Of a stretch of 64,000 nucleotides of DNA, positions 21,806 to 31,254 are shown piece by piece. The translations under genes were made by a program, and so were the position numbers. A model generated the notes under the pieces. The model made no database searches, was not told the DNA's origin, and saw only the letters and a list, made by a program, of their open reading frames with translations. Numbering within the stretch: the first letter of the stretch is position 1; each line of letters opens with the position of its first letter. The stretch comes from a virus. The stretch covers positions 32,001 through 96,000 of the IMG/VR virus record IMGVR_UViG_3300010354_000001. One strand, given 5' to 3'.

Positions 21806-23988
21806 TTAATTATTTGTGTAAATAAATTCTAAATTTTTCTCTATTATTTCTTTCTTATCTAGAATTTCAGCAGTATCAGCATTCAATTCGTCAATACCCA
21901 TTAGGTCTAACATATTATCTAGAGCCTCGTAAATCTGTTCTATATTTTCTGAAAAATCTGGAAGTCTTGGAGCTGGTACAGATTCGCTAATACATATTCG
22001 GTATCTTAACCTGAGCTCATCTTCAACTTTATCTATATCTTGCTCTCTTAATGTTATCTTAATAATATCTTCTATCGTCATTTTTACCTCCATTTTTAAT
22101 ATTAACATTTACTCATTTATCTATTAGGGATTTATACAGTTCTGAAAGCCTGTCAGGGATTGGGTTTCAGGGGAAAATCCTCTACAATCAATTAAAATTA
22201 GCATGGATAGATATTCATACAGGCTTGTTAATTTTCGTTGATTCTAGAGGAATGACCTCTACAACCCTGTCACTGAAAGGGTTTTAAAAACACTAATTCT
22301 AGATAATATACATTTAGTAATACTTATTAGTGTTTGCCTACCCTAAACGATAAATGAGAGATTTTTAATGTTGTTTTCCTAATAAGTAAATCCTAGTTTT
22401 TCCATATCTGATTTAAAATTTTGCATTAAAGCTGGTAAACGCTCTAGTAACAATTTTTTTAAATCTTCCTTGGGTAGTGACAGCTGCTCATCTGTGGCCT
22501 CGGGCCATACGGCCGAGTTTCTAGCTGCTTTAAAATCTCGGTCTTTGCCTTCCCCCCAAGAAGTTGGCTCCTGCACTATTTCCACTTTGCAATTAGTCAT
22601 AGCCGCTACAAAATTATTAGCTTCTTGTACACTATCAAACGGGGCCCTGTGCCACTCCTCCGTATCCATGCCGTTAAAAGAATATTTAGGAGAGAATTGA
22701 TACTCGTTTTTATGTCTGCTGTTTTTATGATGAATTTCAACAATTTTAAAATCTTTCCAATCAGCGGCCACTCCTACTAAGTCAATAAAATTTAATAATT
22801 CTCTACTAGGTTTATATAAAAATGGACTGTTATTAAATTTTAATTTTCTAGTAAAGTTATAAGGCTCTCCCTTCTTTCTGCCCCAACAGTCAAGATCTCC
22901 AACATTATATAATGTATTAGCTAGATAGTGCATAGGACCATCACTGGATACGTTATGCCATTTTATTAGGTAAGCAAGTTCTGGAGCATATTTAGCTATT
23001 TCGTCATGCAGGCAACCGCAACTTATTAAATTTTGCTCACTTGCTGGCTCAACTTTATAACTCCCTTGATATAGAGACCCTGTTATAGCAAAGGTATTAT
23101 GTCCATTATTGCATTCGTCATCAAAGCGTAAATTAATAAAGAGAGTATAATTTTTATCATTTTCTCTAAAATGTTTAACTATTTGCTTTTTCTGTTTTTT
23201 AGTTAGTATGCTGATAGGTAGTGTATTTAGTGTATTTTCCATTTTGTTTATTTTCCTTTTATTTTTTAAATTAAATCTAATTCCTTAATCATTTCTGAAT
23301 ATTCCTTAAAATCTGCATTTTGCAAACATTCTAGAATATTGTCTAGATCTTCTGTCTCGGTAGCATAGTCAATAAACCTGTCAATACTGTAATAATAATT
23401 ATTATGAGATCTCATGTCATTACTTATTTTATCCTCGATTGAGGATCTTATTCTATCGGCTAACTCGAAATACAAATTAGTTATCTCTTCTGAGTCAGGA
23501 TCTTTTAACTCGTAATACGTACCATCTACTTCTACGTTAACCCAACAAGTGCCAAGCAATTCTTGGCCTTGCAAGCCATACCCATTTCTTAAGCATTTCT
23601 TAAGAATTTTAAAAGCTCTTGAATCAGTTTTTTTATTTTGAACAAGATAGCAGTATGCAAGATTGTTAAAATCTTTATTTTCCATATCTAGGTCAAAATT
23701 TATTTTGCAGGAATTATAGTTAAAATCCCATTTTTTTAATTCTACATTTTTAACGCTTTTAACTGCGTTACGAGGTAAGTCTTTAAGATAATAATCTTTA
23801 ATAATTTCCTCATCATCTAATTCATGCTTTAAATCATAAATAAACAACTCGTAATACTCATCATCTTCTAAAATTGCGTAAAAATTATTATCTTTACAGT
23901 ATTTTAGGACTTTGTTAATTTTCTCTCTATTTAAATTTTTATTAAGAGCTGCTTTGGCCCTGCTTGAGTAAGTTTTAACTATTGCCAT
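21806..23988 (-). CDS. three hypothetical proteins (21806-22081, 22379-23242, 23266-23988)
   Basis: Long ORFs with RBS. Confidence 0.65.
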
Positions 23989-24855
23989 TATTGGCCCCTT
24001 TTACTGTTTTTTAAGAGTTTATCAGCTCTCTATTTATCTTATACCCATAATCTTATCATAGCTAACACGCCTTAGCAAGATATTTTAAATTAACTTTTAT
24101 TAATTTTAGTATTAGGGTTAATTCTCATAATTACCTTATATCAGATCAATATTAAGAAATAGTTATGAAAAATAGCATTTATAGCTTATCGGCGTAACGA
24201 TTTAAAATATATAAAGGTATAAACACTAGGCTACTGCCTTTTTAATTGCTTATAGGGCATTTTAAAGAGAGAGCTTAAAAGCCTTTTTGGGATTGTGTTT
24301 TTAAGCTTTTTTTTGCTTAAAAATAGATAGTTAGTATCCCAATCTAACTAAAAAGCTAAATAAGATAGTCTTATCCTACTGCTCTTTTTTGTTTTTTAGC
24401 TCTCAAGAAAAAAAAGTTTAAAAATTATCCTATATAGAATTTTAGCAGGCCTTACTAAGGCCTTTGGGCCTGTGTCGGGCCTATAATAAATAAACTAGTA
24501 TAGGTTTGGGCCTGGCCTTGGCCATAAGTTAATAGCGTAACCCTGTCATAGAAAGACTTTCAGAAATATAAAAATTAAAAATAAAACTATTGGGCCTGCT
24601 ACATAAATAACTTATTAAAATATTCTAGTGCTTGGGCCACGGCTTTAATTAGAAAGCTGTCCTAGACGGGGTTTAAAGAATAAAATTTTATACAGTTCTG
24701 GAGTTGTTGGGCCACGTGCTGGCCCTAAAAAATAATTTAAAAAAGCTGTTATAAATTTAAAAATTGTGGCATAGTAGAAGTATGAGCAACTTAGAGATTT
24801 TTAAACATTTAGCTGCTAAAGAGCTTTTTTTTAGAAAAAAAATTTTAAAAAACTC

Positions 24856-24884
24856 TTGACAGCTTAACCAAGCCTTAGTATAAT
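24856..24884 (+). promoter_or_regulatory. perfect sigma70 consensus promoter
   Basis: TTGACA-17 nt-TATAAT. Confidence 0.8.
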
Positions 24885-24945
24885 TAAGGCATAAAGAGAT
24901 TAAGAGATAAATCTTCAATCTCTTAGTAAACTGAAAAAAAGAATA

Positions 24946-25044
24946 GCCCCCAAGCCCAAGCCCCAAGCCCAAGCCCCAAGCCGAAGCCGAAGCCCAAGCC
25001 CCAAGCCGAAGCCGAAGCCCCAAGCCGAAGCCGAAGCCGAAGCC
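24946..25044. repeat. tandem 6-7-mer repeat (CCCAAG/CCCCAAG/CCGAAG)n
   Basis: About 15 units. Confidence 0.9.
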
Positions 25045-25566
25045 CTAAAAGCCGCTCTGGGCCTATATTCCACCAATTATTAAATTTTTATAAAATTTTT
25101 TAATCCGAAATACGTATTACACATTAAAAAAACTCCAAAAATCCAACCTTAATAAAAAACATAATTCATTTTAAAAAATCATGGGAGTTCGGGAGCCTCG
25201 AAACTAATTCGTTTTTAAAAATCTTGGGGAGTCTGGCAGGTTTTGTGTCTGCTGTTCCCTTTGCAGTTTTCCCTACTCTATAATTAAGTTACTATACTTT
25301 ATAGCTTTTAAATTTAATATCTTTGCACTAAATACATACATAATGTAGTATATGATAACTTGTAGTTGCTTCTGCTCTATGCTTGTATAGAGTATCCTAC
25401 TAGGGTAGGTACGTATGTAGTTTAAAGTATCTTATAATGAGCGTTACCTGCGGTTTATACCTGTTATATAGTATCTTATCCTATATATTATGTATATAAT
25501 ACATACTCCGCAAAAACTCCGCAAAAATTATTTTTGGGCGATACTGTGGCGAAAACTCCGCAAAAT

Positions 25567-26196
25567 CTAAACACCACCTTCTTTTGGGCGAAAATGTAGA
25601 CTTTTCCTGTCGTGCAATTTATACACATAGCAATGTTTTGGAGGTAATGTTATAGGAGTTAGTAATCCTTGTTCTAACTTCTCTCTGAGTCTTTTAACGA
25701 AAGGTTTATACTCCCCTTTGTGTTTAGTTCTTAAAGCTCTTGAATGGTAAGTTTTACCTGTTTCTGGATCTAAATATCCTTTGTCTTTACTACCTAAGCC
25801 TAAATACTCAAAGTTAGAAGCTTTGTAAATAATTCCTGTATGCCCATATAAGGGATCCGCATAAGATACTATTACTTTGATAGTAGGATCTGTTTGTTTA
25901 ATATGCTTTATACACTGGGCTATAACCCTACTCTCAGAATTTTTTGCAGTCTCGTCTACTAATACTAATCTCCGCAATTCTAAAACCTCATGCTCGTTCT
26001 GGGCGAAGCGTTTCCATGCCGTGGTAGACATAGCCCCAAACAGCACCGCTCCTACAAGATACCCTTCATGCTCTACTGCAAAAGAGTAGGATACTTTAAC
26101 TCCGTTAATACTGTGAGAGTAGTGTTTATTTTCAATAAAAGATTTAATCTCTGAAACCTTACACTCCCTTATGGTTAAATCTTTAGCTGGGATCAT
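25567..26196 (-). CDS. Mom-like GNAT-fold DNA modification protein
   Basis: HYSHS, LELRRLV, KNSESRVI, VSYADP..GHTGIIYKASNF. Confidence 0.75.
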   Translation of the reverse strand: MIPAKDLTIRECKVSEIKSFIENKHYSHSINGVKVSYSFAVEHEGYLVGAVLFGAMSTTAWKRFAQNEHEVLELRRLVLVDETAKNSESRVIAQCIKHIKQTDPTIKVIVSYADPLYGHTGIIYKASNFEYLGLGSKDKGYLDPETGKTYHSRALRTKHKGEYKPFVKRLREKLEQGLLTPITLPPKHCYVYKLHDRKSLHFRPKEGGV

Positions 26197-26422
26197 TCTA
26201 ATTTACAGAAAAAGGTAACTTAGTGCTATTATGCCCGCACCTAAAGCACCTAATATATAGTGTGTCTGTGAGTAATCTCCACCTGCCGCAGCATTTATTA
26301 TATCAGTTACCATAATCAAAGTAAACATTACTAAAGATACTGTGTTAAAAGTACTCATTTATTTCCTCCCTCTATTTCTTCCTTTACTCTCTCGAATCTA
26401 TCTATTGTGTAATCTATTTCTA

Positions 26423-26911
26423 TCATGTGCCTACCTTCTCCTTACCGCCTAAACTAATCATCCGTATCTCCCAAGTATCCTGTAACTTCATTACTACTGA
26501 ACCAAAAGCAGGAGACTTGGCATTAGCCCCTATACCACTTTCAAACTTTATACGCCCATCTGGAATGAACAACTTGCCCCCTCTAGACATGCCGCAAAAC
26601 CTTTTAGTGGTTATGAACTCTATAGGAAATAATACATATATTTCATTCTTTGCTTGGTTGTAGGTTTCCCAAGCTTTTTCCATAAATTTATGTTTGATGG
26701 TAAATGGTGGATTTATCCAAATTCTTTTATATGTCGTCCAGTCCTTACTTAAGCCATCAGTGTCTATAGTGTCGAAGTTTTCAATCCCGAACTCTTTAGC
26801 TTTCTCTTTAGTGGTAGCTGGATCATAATCAAATACACCAAACTGATCAACAAACCATTTAGGCGTATACCACTCATTATTTTTTGTAAACTCTACTAAA
26901 CCTTTAGCCAT
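26423..26911 (-). CDS. phage-type DNA N6-adenine methyltransferase
   Basis: EWYTP, FDYDPA, DGL..W, WINPPF, GRIKF. Confidence 0.82.
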   Translation of the reverse strand: MAKGLVEFTKNNEWYTPKWFVDQFGVFDYDPATTKEKAKEFGIENFDTIDTDGLSKDWTTYKRIWINPPFTIKHKFMEKAWETYNQAKNEIYVLFPIEFITTKRFCGMSRGGKLFIPDGRIKFESGIGANAKSPAFGSVVMKLQDTWEIRMISLGGKEKVGT

Positions 26912-27602
26912 AATATTCTGCCTCGTCTGCCAATAAATCTGCCCTTCTTACTGTTATTAGAAAATCATTAATTAACTCTAAGTCCGCCTTTTTATCGTTT
27001 ACATAATCCCTAAAGTCTAATAATAAACCTTCATAGTAATTACATAAATTTACTGCTTCTCCTTGAGTATAGTCTTTAGCTTTTCTTATGTCAAGTAAAT
27101 TTTTATAAACTTCTGTACCTTTAAAGTCAATTATATACTCGCCGTGTCTTAAGTAATGCAGTGCTTGGTAAGTTACTCTAAGCCATGCAGAGGTATATTT
27201 TCTAGCTTTCCTGTCTTTATTTAGATCCCAGTCTCCATGCAATAATTTATTTTTTTGATTCTTAGCGTACCCTAAATGAGAGTTAAGAAGAAGTTTTGGG
27301 TTTATTATGTGTGGTAGCAAGTTTCTTAATACAGTGCCAAAATATGTTTTAACTTCTATTGGGGCGACAAACACCTCTAAAATGGTAGGGTTATTTTGTA
27401 GGGCCATAGATAAGAAATGTTTTAACTCCCATGCTGTATTATCTTCGTTGCCTTCTATCCAGCTAGTGTTTGCTGGTTTATTGCCTACGCTTAATAATTC
27501 TCTTGTAGGAGTTGTGAATACTGCTCTATAGTCATAGTCACTGTTTTCATCAGCTAACCCATGTGCCCTAGAGCCTACTAATACTTTTAATATTTCTGTC
27601 AT
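26904..27602 (-). CDS. DNA pol beta-superfamily nucleotidyltransferase (RlaP/YcgL-like)
   Basis: GSRAHGL..ENSDYDYR, NNPTILE, GYAKNQ. Confidence 0.8.
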   Translation of the reverse strand: MTEILKVLVGSRAHGLADENSDYDYRAVFTTPTRELLSVGNKPANTSWIEGNEDNTAWELKHFLSMALQNNPTILEVFVAPIEVKTYFGTVLRNLLPHIINPKLLLNSHLGYAKNQKNKLLHGDWDLNKDRKARKYTSAWLRVTYQALHYLRHGEYIIDFKGTEVYKNLLDIRKAKDYTQGEAVNLCNYYEGLLLDFRDYVNDKKADLELINDFLITVRRADLLADEAEYYG

Positions 27603-28825
27603 GTGTCGTTCTCTAATGTCTCTGCTAGTATCTGTTTAAGTTCCTCTATCTCTTGTTTGAGCTTTTCGTTTTCCTTAGCTACTATACTTTCCTTGTAGCT
27701 CTTTAGCTTAAAGTCAAATAGATACCTTAATGTCTGCCAAGGGGATATCTCCCACGCTTTTTTAATGTTCTCGATTTGTCTTCGGATACGAGTATTTGTT
27801 ATCTTCTGGCAAGTCACAAGCCACTCAATACCGTCCGAGCCTTCGTGTGTTAACTCGTAAACCTCGCAGTCAAAGGCTTTGCAAATGCGAATTAATTCTT
27901 CACACTCCTCGTTGCCTAAAGTCTTTAATTTTTGTCCTGTTTCTTTTGCGTTTACGCAATTACTTTTATAGTTTTGTATATCTTCAAATGTTATTTTTTC
28001 CATATACTGCCTCCTAAAAACTCAAATAATTTACTCAAGAGACTTTTTTGCTCTTTCTGCTCTGAGGCAGCATTAACACCGCTAACGTACATACCCACTA
28101 CATCTTTTATAGTGACTGGAGTCCACCGATACCTGTATGCCCTAATGTTTTCATAAAACTGTTCGTCTGAGATTTCTTTTGCTCCTTCATAGATTAAGGG
28201 ACTCTCTACGCCAAAGTGTATAAATAATTCATTACCTCTTTCGACAAGTATGTATCTTACTAAGTAAATCTGGTTCTTAGTGTACTCAGATAGCTTCAGT
28301 AGCGATGTGTGAAAATGTATTTCTTGTCCTGTGGTTAGTGTAACTTCGCTATCTAGAGAGTATGTTGTATACTTGTTTAACTCCTCTTTATATAAGTAGT
28401 CTTTAATTGCTTCAGCTACATAATCAACAGCTCCAAAAACAGCTATAGTATTAACTCCTCTAGGAAATATTAATTCTCCCGATAAAGTAATTTTAGTAGG
28501 GAACTTATCCTGATTAATATTGCGAACTACTGGGGGAGTTAGTTTGTTTAAGTTTATACTTTTTAATTTTTTAGTTTTCATGGGGTTCCTCTCTGCTTGC
28601 AAGCAACTTGTCTGTAGCTACAGTATTTCTAGAAACCAGATCCCTCAAAGAGAGTATTTCTTTTTTGTTGTTACTTAACTCATAATATAAAGTGGATCCG
28701 AATCTAGGCACTAGAAAGTTATCTTCCTCTGTTATGTAGATAGGGTTGCCCTCCATTACGAAAGACAGTTCATACTCCTTGACCTCTGCTTTATTTAAGA
28801 ATATTGTTTGTTTAATTTTGTGCAT
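27599..28825 (-). CDS. three hypothetical ORFs (27599-28003, 27991-28602, 28571-28825)
   Basis: ORF track. Confidence 0.6.
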
Positions 28826-28880
28826 TTGTTTCCTTTTAGTTAAATGTTAGCACACTTTGGATTTTTTTGCTAAAAAATAC

Positions 28881-28937
28881 AGCAGGCATCAACGTGTTAG
28901 ATTAAAAGTCTAGTGTTGTTTTTGCTGTGAGCCTGCT
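28881..28937 (-). ncRNA. mini Y-like RNA carrying a tRNA-Lys(UUU) anticodon stem-loop
   Basis: AGCAGGC/GCCTGCT stem + TC + ACAGCAA; CAAC/GTTG; TAGA-CTTTTAA-TCTA. Confidence 0.65.
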
Positions 28938-28968
28938 TAGTTAATGACGTTAGCTAGACTAACAATAT

Positions 28969-29046
28969 AGCTACTGGTAGGATTTGAACCTACGACCTCC
29001 TCGCCCATAAAATATGCAAGGTGCTCTACCTCTGAGCTACAGTAAC
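28969..29046 (-). ncRNA. tRNA-like RNA with non-canonical elongated anticodon arm
   Basis: GTTACTG/CAGTAGC acceptor, TAGCTCAGAGGTAGAGC D arm, GTAGG-TTCAAAT-CCTAC T arm; anticodon arm CCTTGC-ATATTTTATGG-GCGAGG. Confidence 0.75.
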
Positions 29047-29054
29047 GTGATTAC

Positions 29055-29172
29055 ACCAGTCATTTTGTCTACAGACGCCTTACCTCTTGGCTACCCTTGT
29101 TTTACGAAGGAGTTGGATTTGAACCAACGATACTCTGTCCCTAATAGATGTTTTTTGTGCTGTTAGACTGGT
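29055..29172 (-). ncRNA. YrlA-like Y RNA (permuted tRNA-like domain)
   Basis: ACCAGTC/GACTGGT stem + ACAGCA; T arm before closed acceptor, then D arm TAGCCAAGAGGTAAGGC. Confidence 0.75.
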
Positions 29173-29182
29173 TGAGTGAGAC

Positions 29183-29310
29183 TGAAGACATTTTGTTGTT
29201 TTTTGATTTGCCTTACCGATCGGCCACCACTCCTTGCGGAATGGGTTGGATTTGAACCAACATACACATCTTGTTTTTGTTTTTGTTTGTTGTGTTGCTG
29301 TCTGTCTTCA
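29183..29310 (-). ncRNA. YrlA-like Y RNA (permuted tRNA-like domain)
   Basis: TGAAGACA/TGTCTTCA stem + ACAGCAA; GTTGG-TTCAAAT-CCAAC; CCATTCC-GCAA-GGAGTGG; TGGCCGATCGGTAAGGC. Confidence 0.78.
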
Positions 29311-29318
29311 AAGAGAAT

Positions 29319-29432
29319 CGGACTTGACTCTCAGCTTCGCTGAGGGAGATTATCGGCTTCACAGAGTCTGCTTTTACTCTCGTATGAGTAAGTAGTCTTA
29401 TTAACTCTCCACCTACGCCCATCCTAGGCGTA
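29319..29432 (-). ncRNA. orphan TnpB omega-RNA-like scaffold (copy 3)
   Basis: Near-identical to 55403-55492 and homologous to tnpB 3' end; terminal hairpin replaced by CTCAGC-GAA-GCTGAG; ends AAGTCCG. Confidence 0.7.
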
Positions 29433-30884
29433 TGTTTTAATTATAGCATACTTTTCATCATTTACTATATTTTCCACTAAAGATTCTGGATTTGCATCAG
29501 CTTCTAATACATATTTCATCACTGAAGGTGAGTACCCAGAAATTAACTGAACATTTTTATCTTTACTTAAAGCTGGCATGTTTCCTGTACGCCCACTGAC
29601 GTTCCAAAATACTACTTTAGGCATAGCATAGCCTGAAGCTCTAAATAAATCTTGTATATGCTCAAAGTTGGTTTTGCTTTTATTGGCTACATCAAACTCC
29701 ATATCAGAGATTATTAATATGCTTTTAGGCATTTCTGATTCTGGAGAATTATGCTGTTTAGCTCTTCCTAGTAATAACTCAAATACTTTAGTTAAATCAG
29801 TGTTATAGCTCCAATTAGCCTTTCTTAAAGCATCTACTTTTTCAAGTAAAGTGCCTTCAGGAATAGTAAAGAAAGCTGGATTCTCACTGAAAGTGCAAAC
29901 TAAGTTTTTAAAGTCTCCTACTAATCTTTCTGCTAAATAGATACCTAGTCCGACAGATACATCCATAGGTTCTCCTGCCATAGACCCAGATACATCACAC
30001 ACTACCAGAGTAGATGATGCTTTTCCTTGTAGATAGTCTGGTAAAGCTTTCCATTGGGCATCTGCGGTTGCAGGATCTTTATCAGTAGCTTTGACTAGAT
30101 CAGAAGGAAATAATACTGAGCTATTTATCTTCTTTTCTCCTTTAACTACTGCTTCTAAATACCCGTTAAACCTCTCCTCTGAGTGTTTTCTGAACGCTTT
30201 AGAGTAGTTGCTCATGGCCTTGGAAGGAACATGCTCGTATTTTATCTCATCCCACTTCTTAGCTGACATTTGAGTCTCTACTACTTTAGTATTAGCTGCT
30301 AGTTTCTGTCTGTAAGCTTTCGGCCCGCCTGCCTGCTCTGTTAGTTTCTTTCTTAGCTTAGGATATTTTTTAGACTTCTCCCTAGGTAGCCACTTGAAAA
30401 GTAAACTGTCAGTTGCTTCGCCAAAAGCTTCTTGTATATGTTTAAGAACTACAAGCTTAGTAAAATAGTGAGTAGTATCGCTCTCGTAGAGATCGAATAG
30501 ATAATCCCATCTTGTGAAAGAGACTATGTTGTCTACGTTATTGATAATCGCACTATCGCTGACTACTCTTACTATATCCTCTGAGTTTATCTGGCATTGG
30601 GTAGTTTCGTGTAAAGTAGCTAAGTAGTTAAGGGCCAGTTTAAAAAATCTTCTCTCTCCTAGTCCTCCCCGAATAGCTCCTGCCCAAAAAATTAACTTAA
30701 TAGTCTTTTCTCTGTCGAATTTGTAAGCTTTATCTATTAATGCAGTTATATCTACATCGCTCATCTTCCTAGAGGCTCCTGCTAGGAACACAAAATCCAC
30801 TAAGGGGTTGAAAGATGATTTATTTGTTACAGCACCATTGTCTGTGTGGCCTGTGTTAGTTAAATTTTTGATTAGATTATTCAT
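29424..30884 (-). CDS. Ro60/TROVE-like VWA protein (DUF2828 type)
   Basis: TDNGA, IRGGLGER, RWD, KWLPRE, VPSKAM, MIDAS CDVSGSM, ISDMEFD, VFWNV, SGYSP. Confidence 0.85.
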   Translation of the reverse strand: MNNLIKNLTNTGHTDNGAVTNKSSFNPLVDFVFLAGASRKMSDVDITALIDKAYKFDREKTIKLIFWAGAIRGGLGERRFFKLALNYLATLHETTQCQINSEDIVRVVSDSAIINNVDNIVSFTRWDYLFDLYESDTTHYFTKLVVLKHIQEAFGEATDSLLFKWLPREKSKKYPKLRKKLTEQAGGPKAYRQKLAANTKVVETQMSAKKWDEIKYEHVPSKAMSNYSKAFRKHSEERFNGYLEAVVKGEKKINSSVLFPSDLVKATDKDPATADAQWKALPDYLQGKASSTLVVCDVSGSMAGEPMDVSVGLGIYLAERLVGDFKNLVCTFSENPAFFTIPEGTLLEKVDALRKANWSYNTDLTKVFELLLGRAKQHNSPESEMPKSILIISDMEFDVANKSKTNFEHIQDLFRASGYAMPKVVFWNVSGRTGNMPALSKDKNVQLISGYSPSVMKYVLEADANPESLVENIVNDEKYAIIKTYA

Positions 30885-30936
30885 AGGTTTGTTCCCTTTG
30901 CTTTTATTATAACAGACGTTCTAGTTTTTTGTGCTA

Positions 30937-31254
30937 TTAAATTTTACATACTTCCCGTCGACTCACTATGAGAACTATAGCTCCTGCCCAGAAAGAGAAG
31001 AAAAGCATACAGTAATACACGAAATAATCTTCTTTTATTTTTCTTTCTGCATACATCAGGTCTACTAGATGGTTAATTCCATCCTGCCCCACCTCTAAGC
31101 ACTCTGTAGCTTCTTTGTAGCATACTAATTTTTCTGTTGGGTGGACGGTTACGTAGTTTAGTGTATAGTAATCGTGTCCTCCCCCTGACCCATAATACCT
31201 TGCTTGTGCAGGGTTAGTTATTAATAATAACAACGCTAAGAGTAGAGTTCGCAT
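30937..31254 (-). CDS. membrane protein with signal peptide and C-terminal TM
   Basis: Hydrophobic termini. Confidence 0.55.
   Translation of the reverse strand: MRTLLLALLLLITNPAQARYYGSGGGHDYYTLNYVTVHPTEKLVCYKEATECLEVGQDGINHLVDLMYAERKIKEDYFVYYCMLFFSFWAGAIVLIVSRREVCKI

Noticed and set aside
24757-25023. 88-aa GL/RL-rich ORF
   Set aside because: Translation shadow of the tandem repeat
29213-29422. 69-aa ORF resembling the TnpB C-terminus (ADSVKPIISL)
   Set aside because: By-product of the omega-RNA-like scaffold copy overlapping the Y RNAs; no RBS or domain
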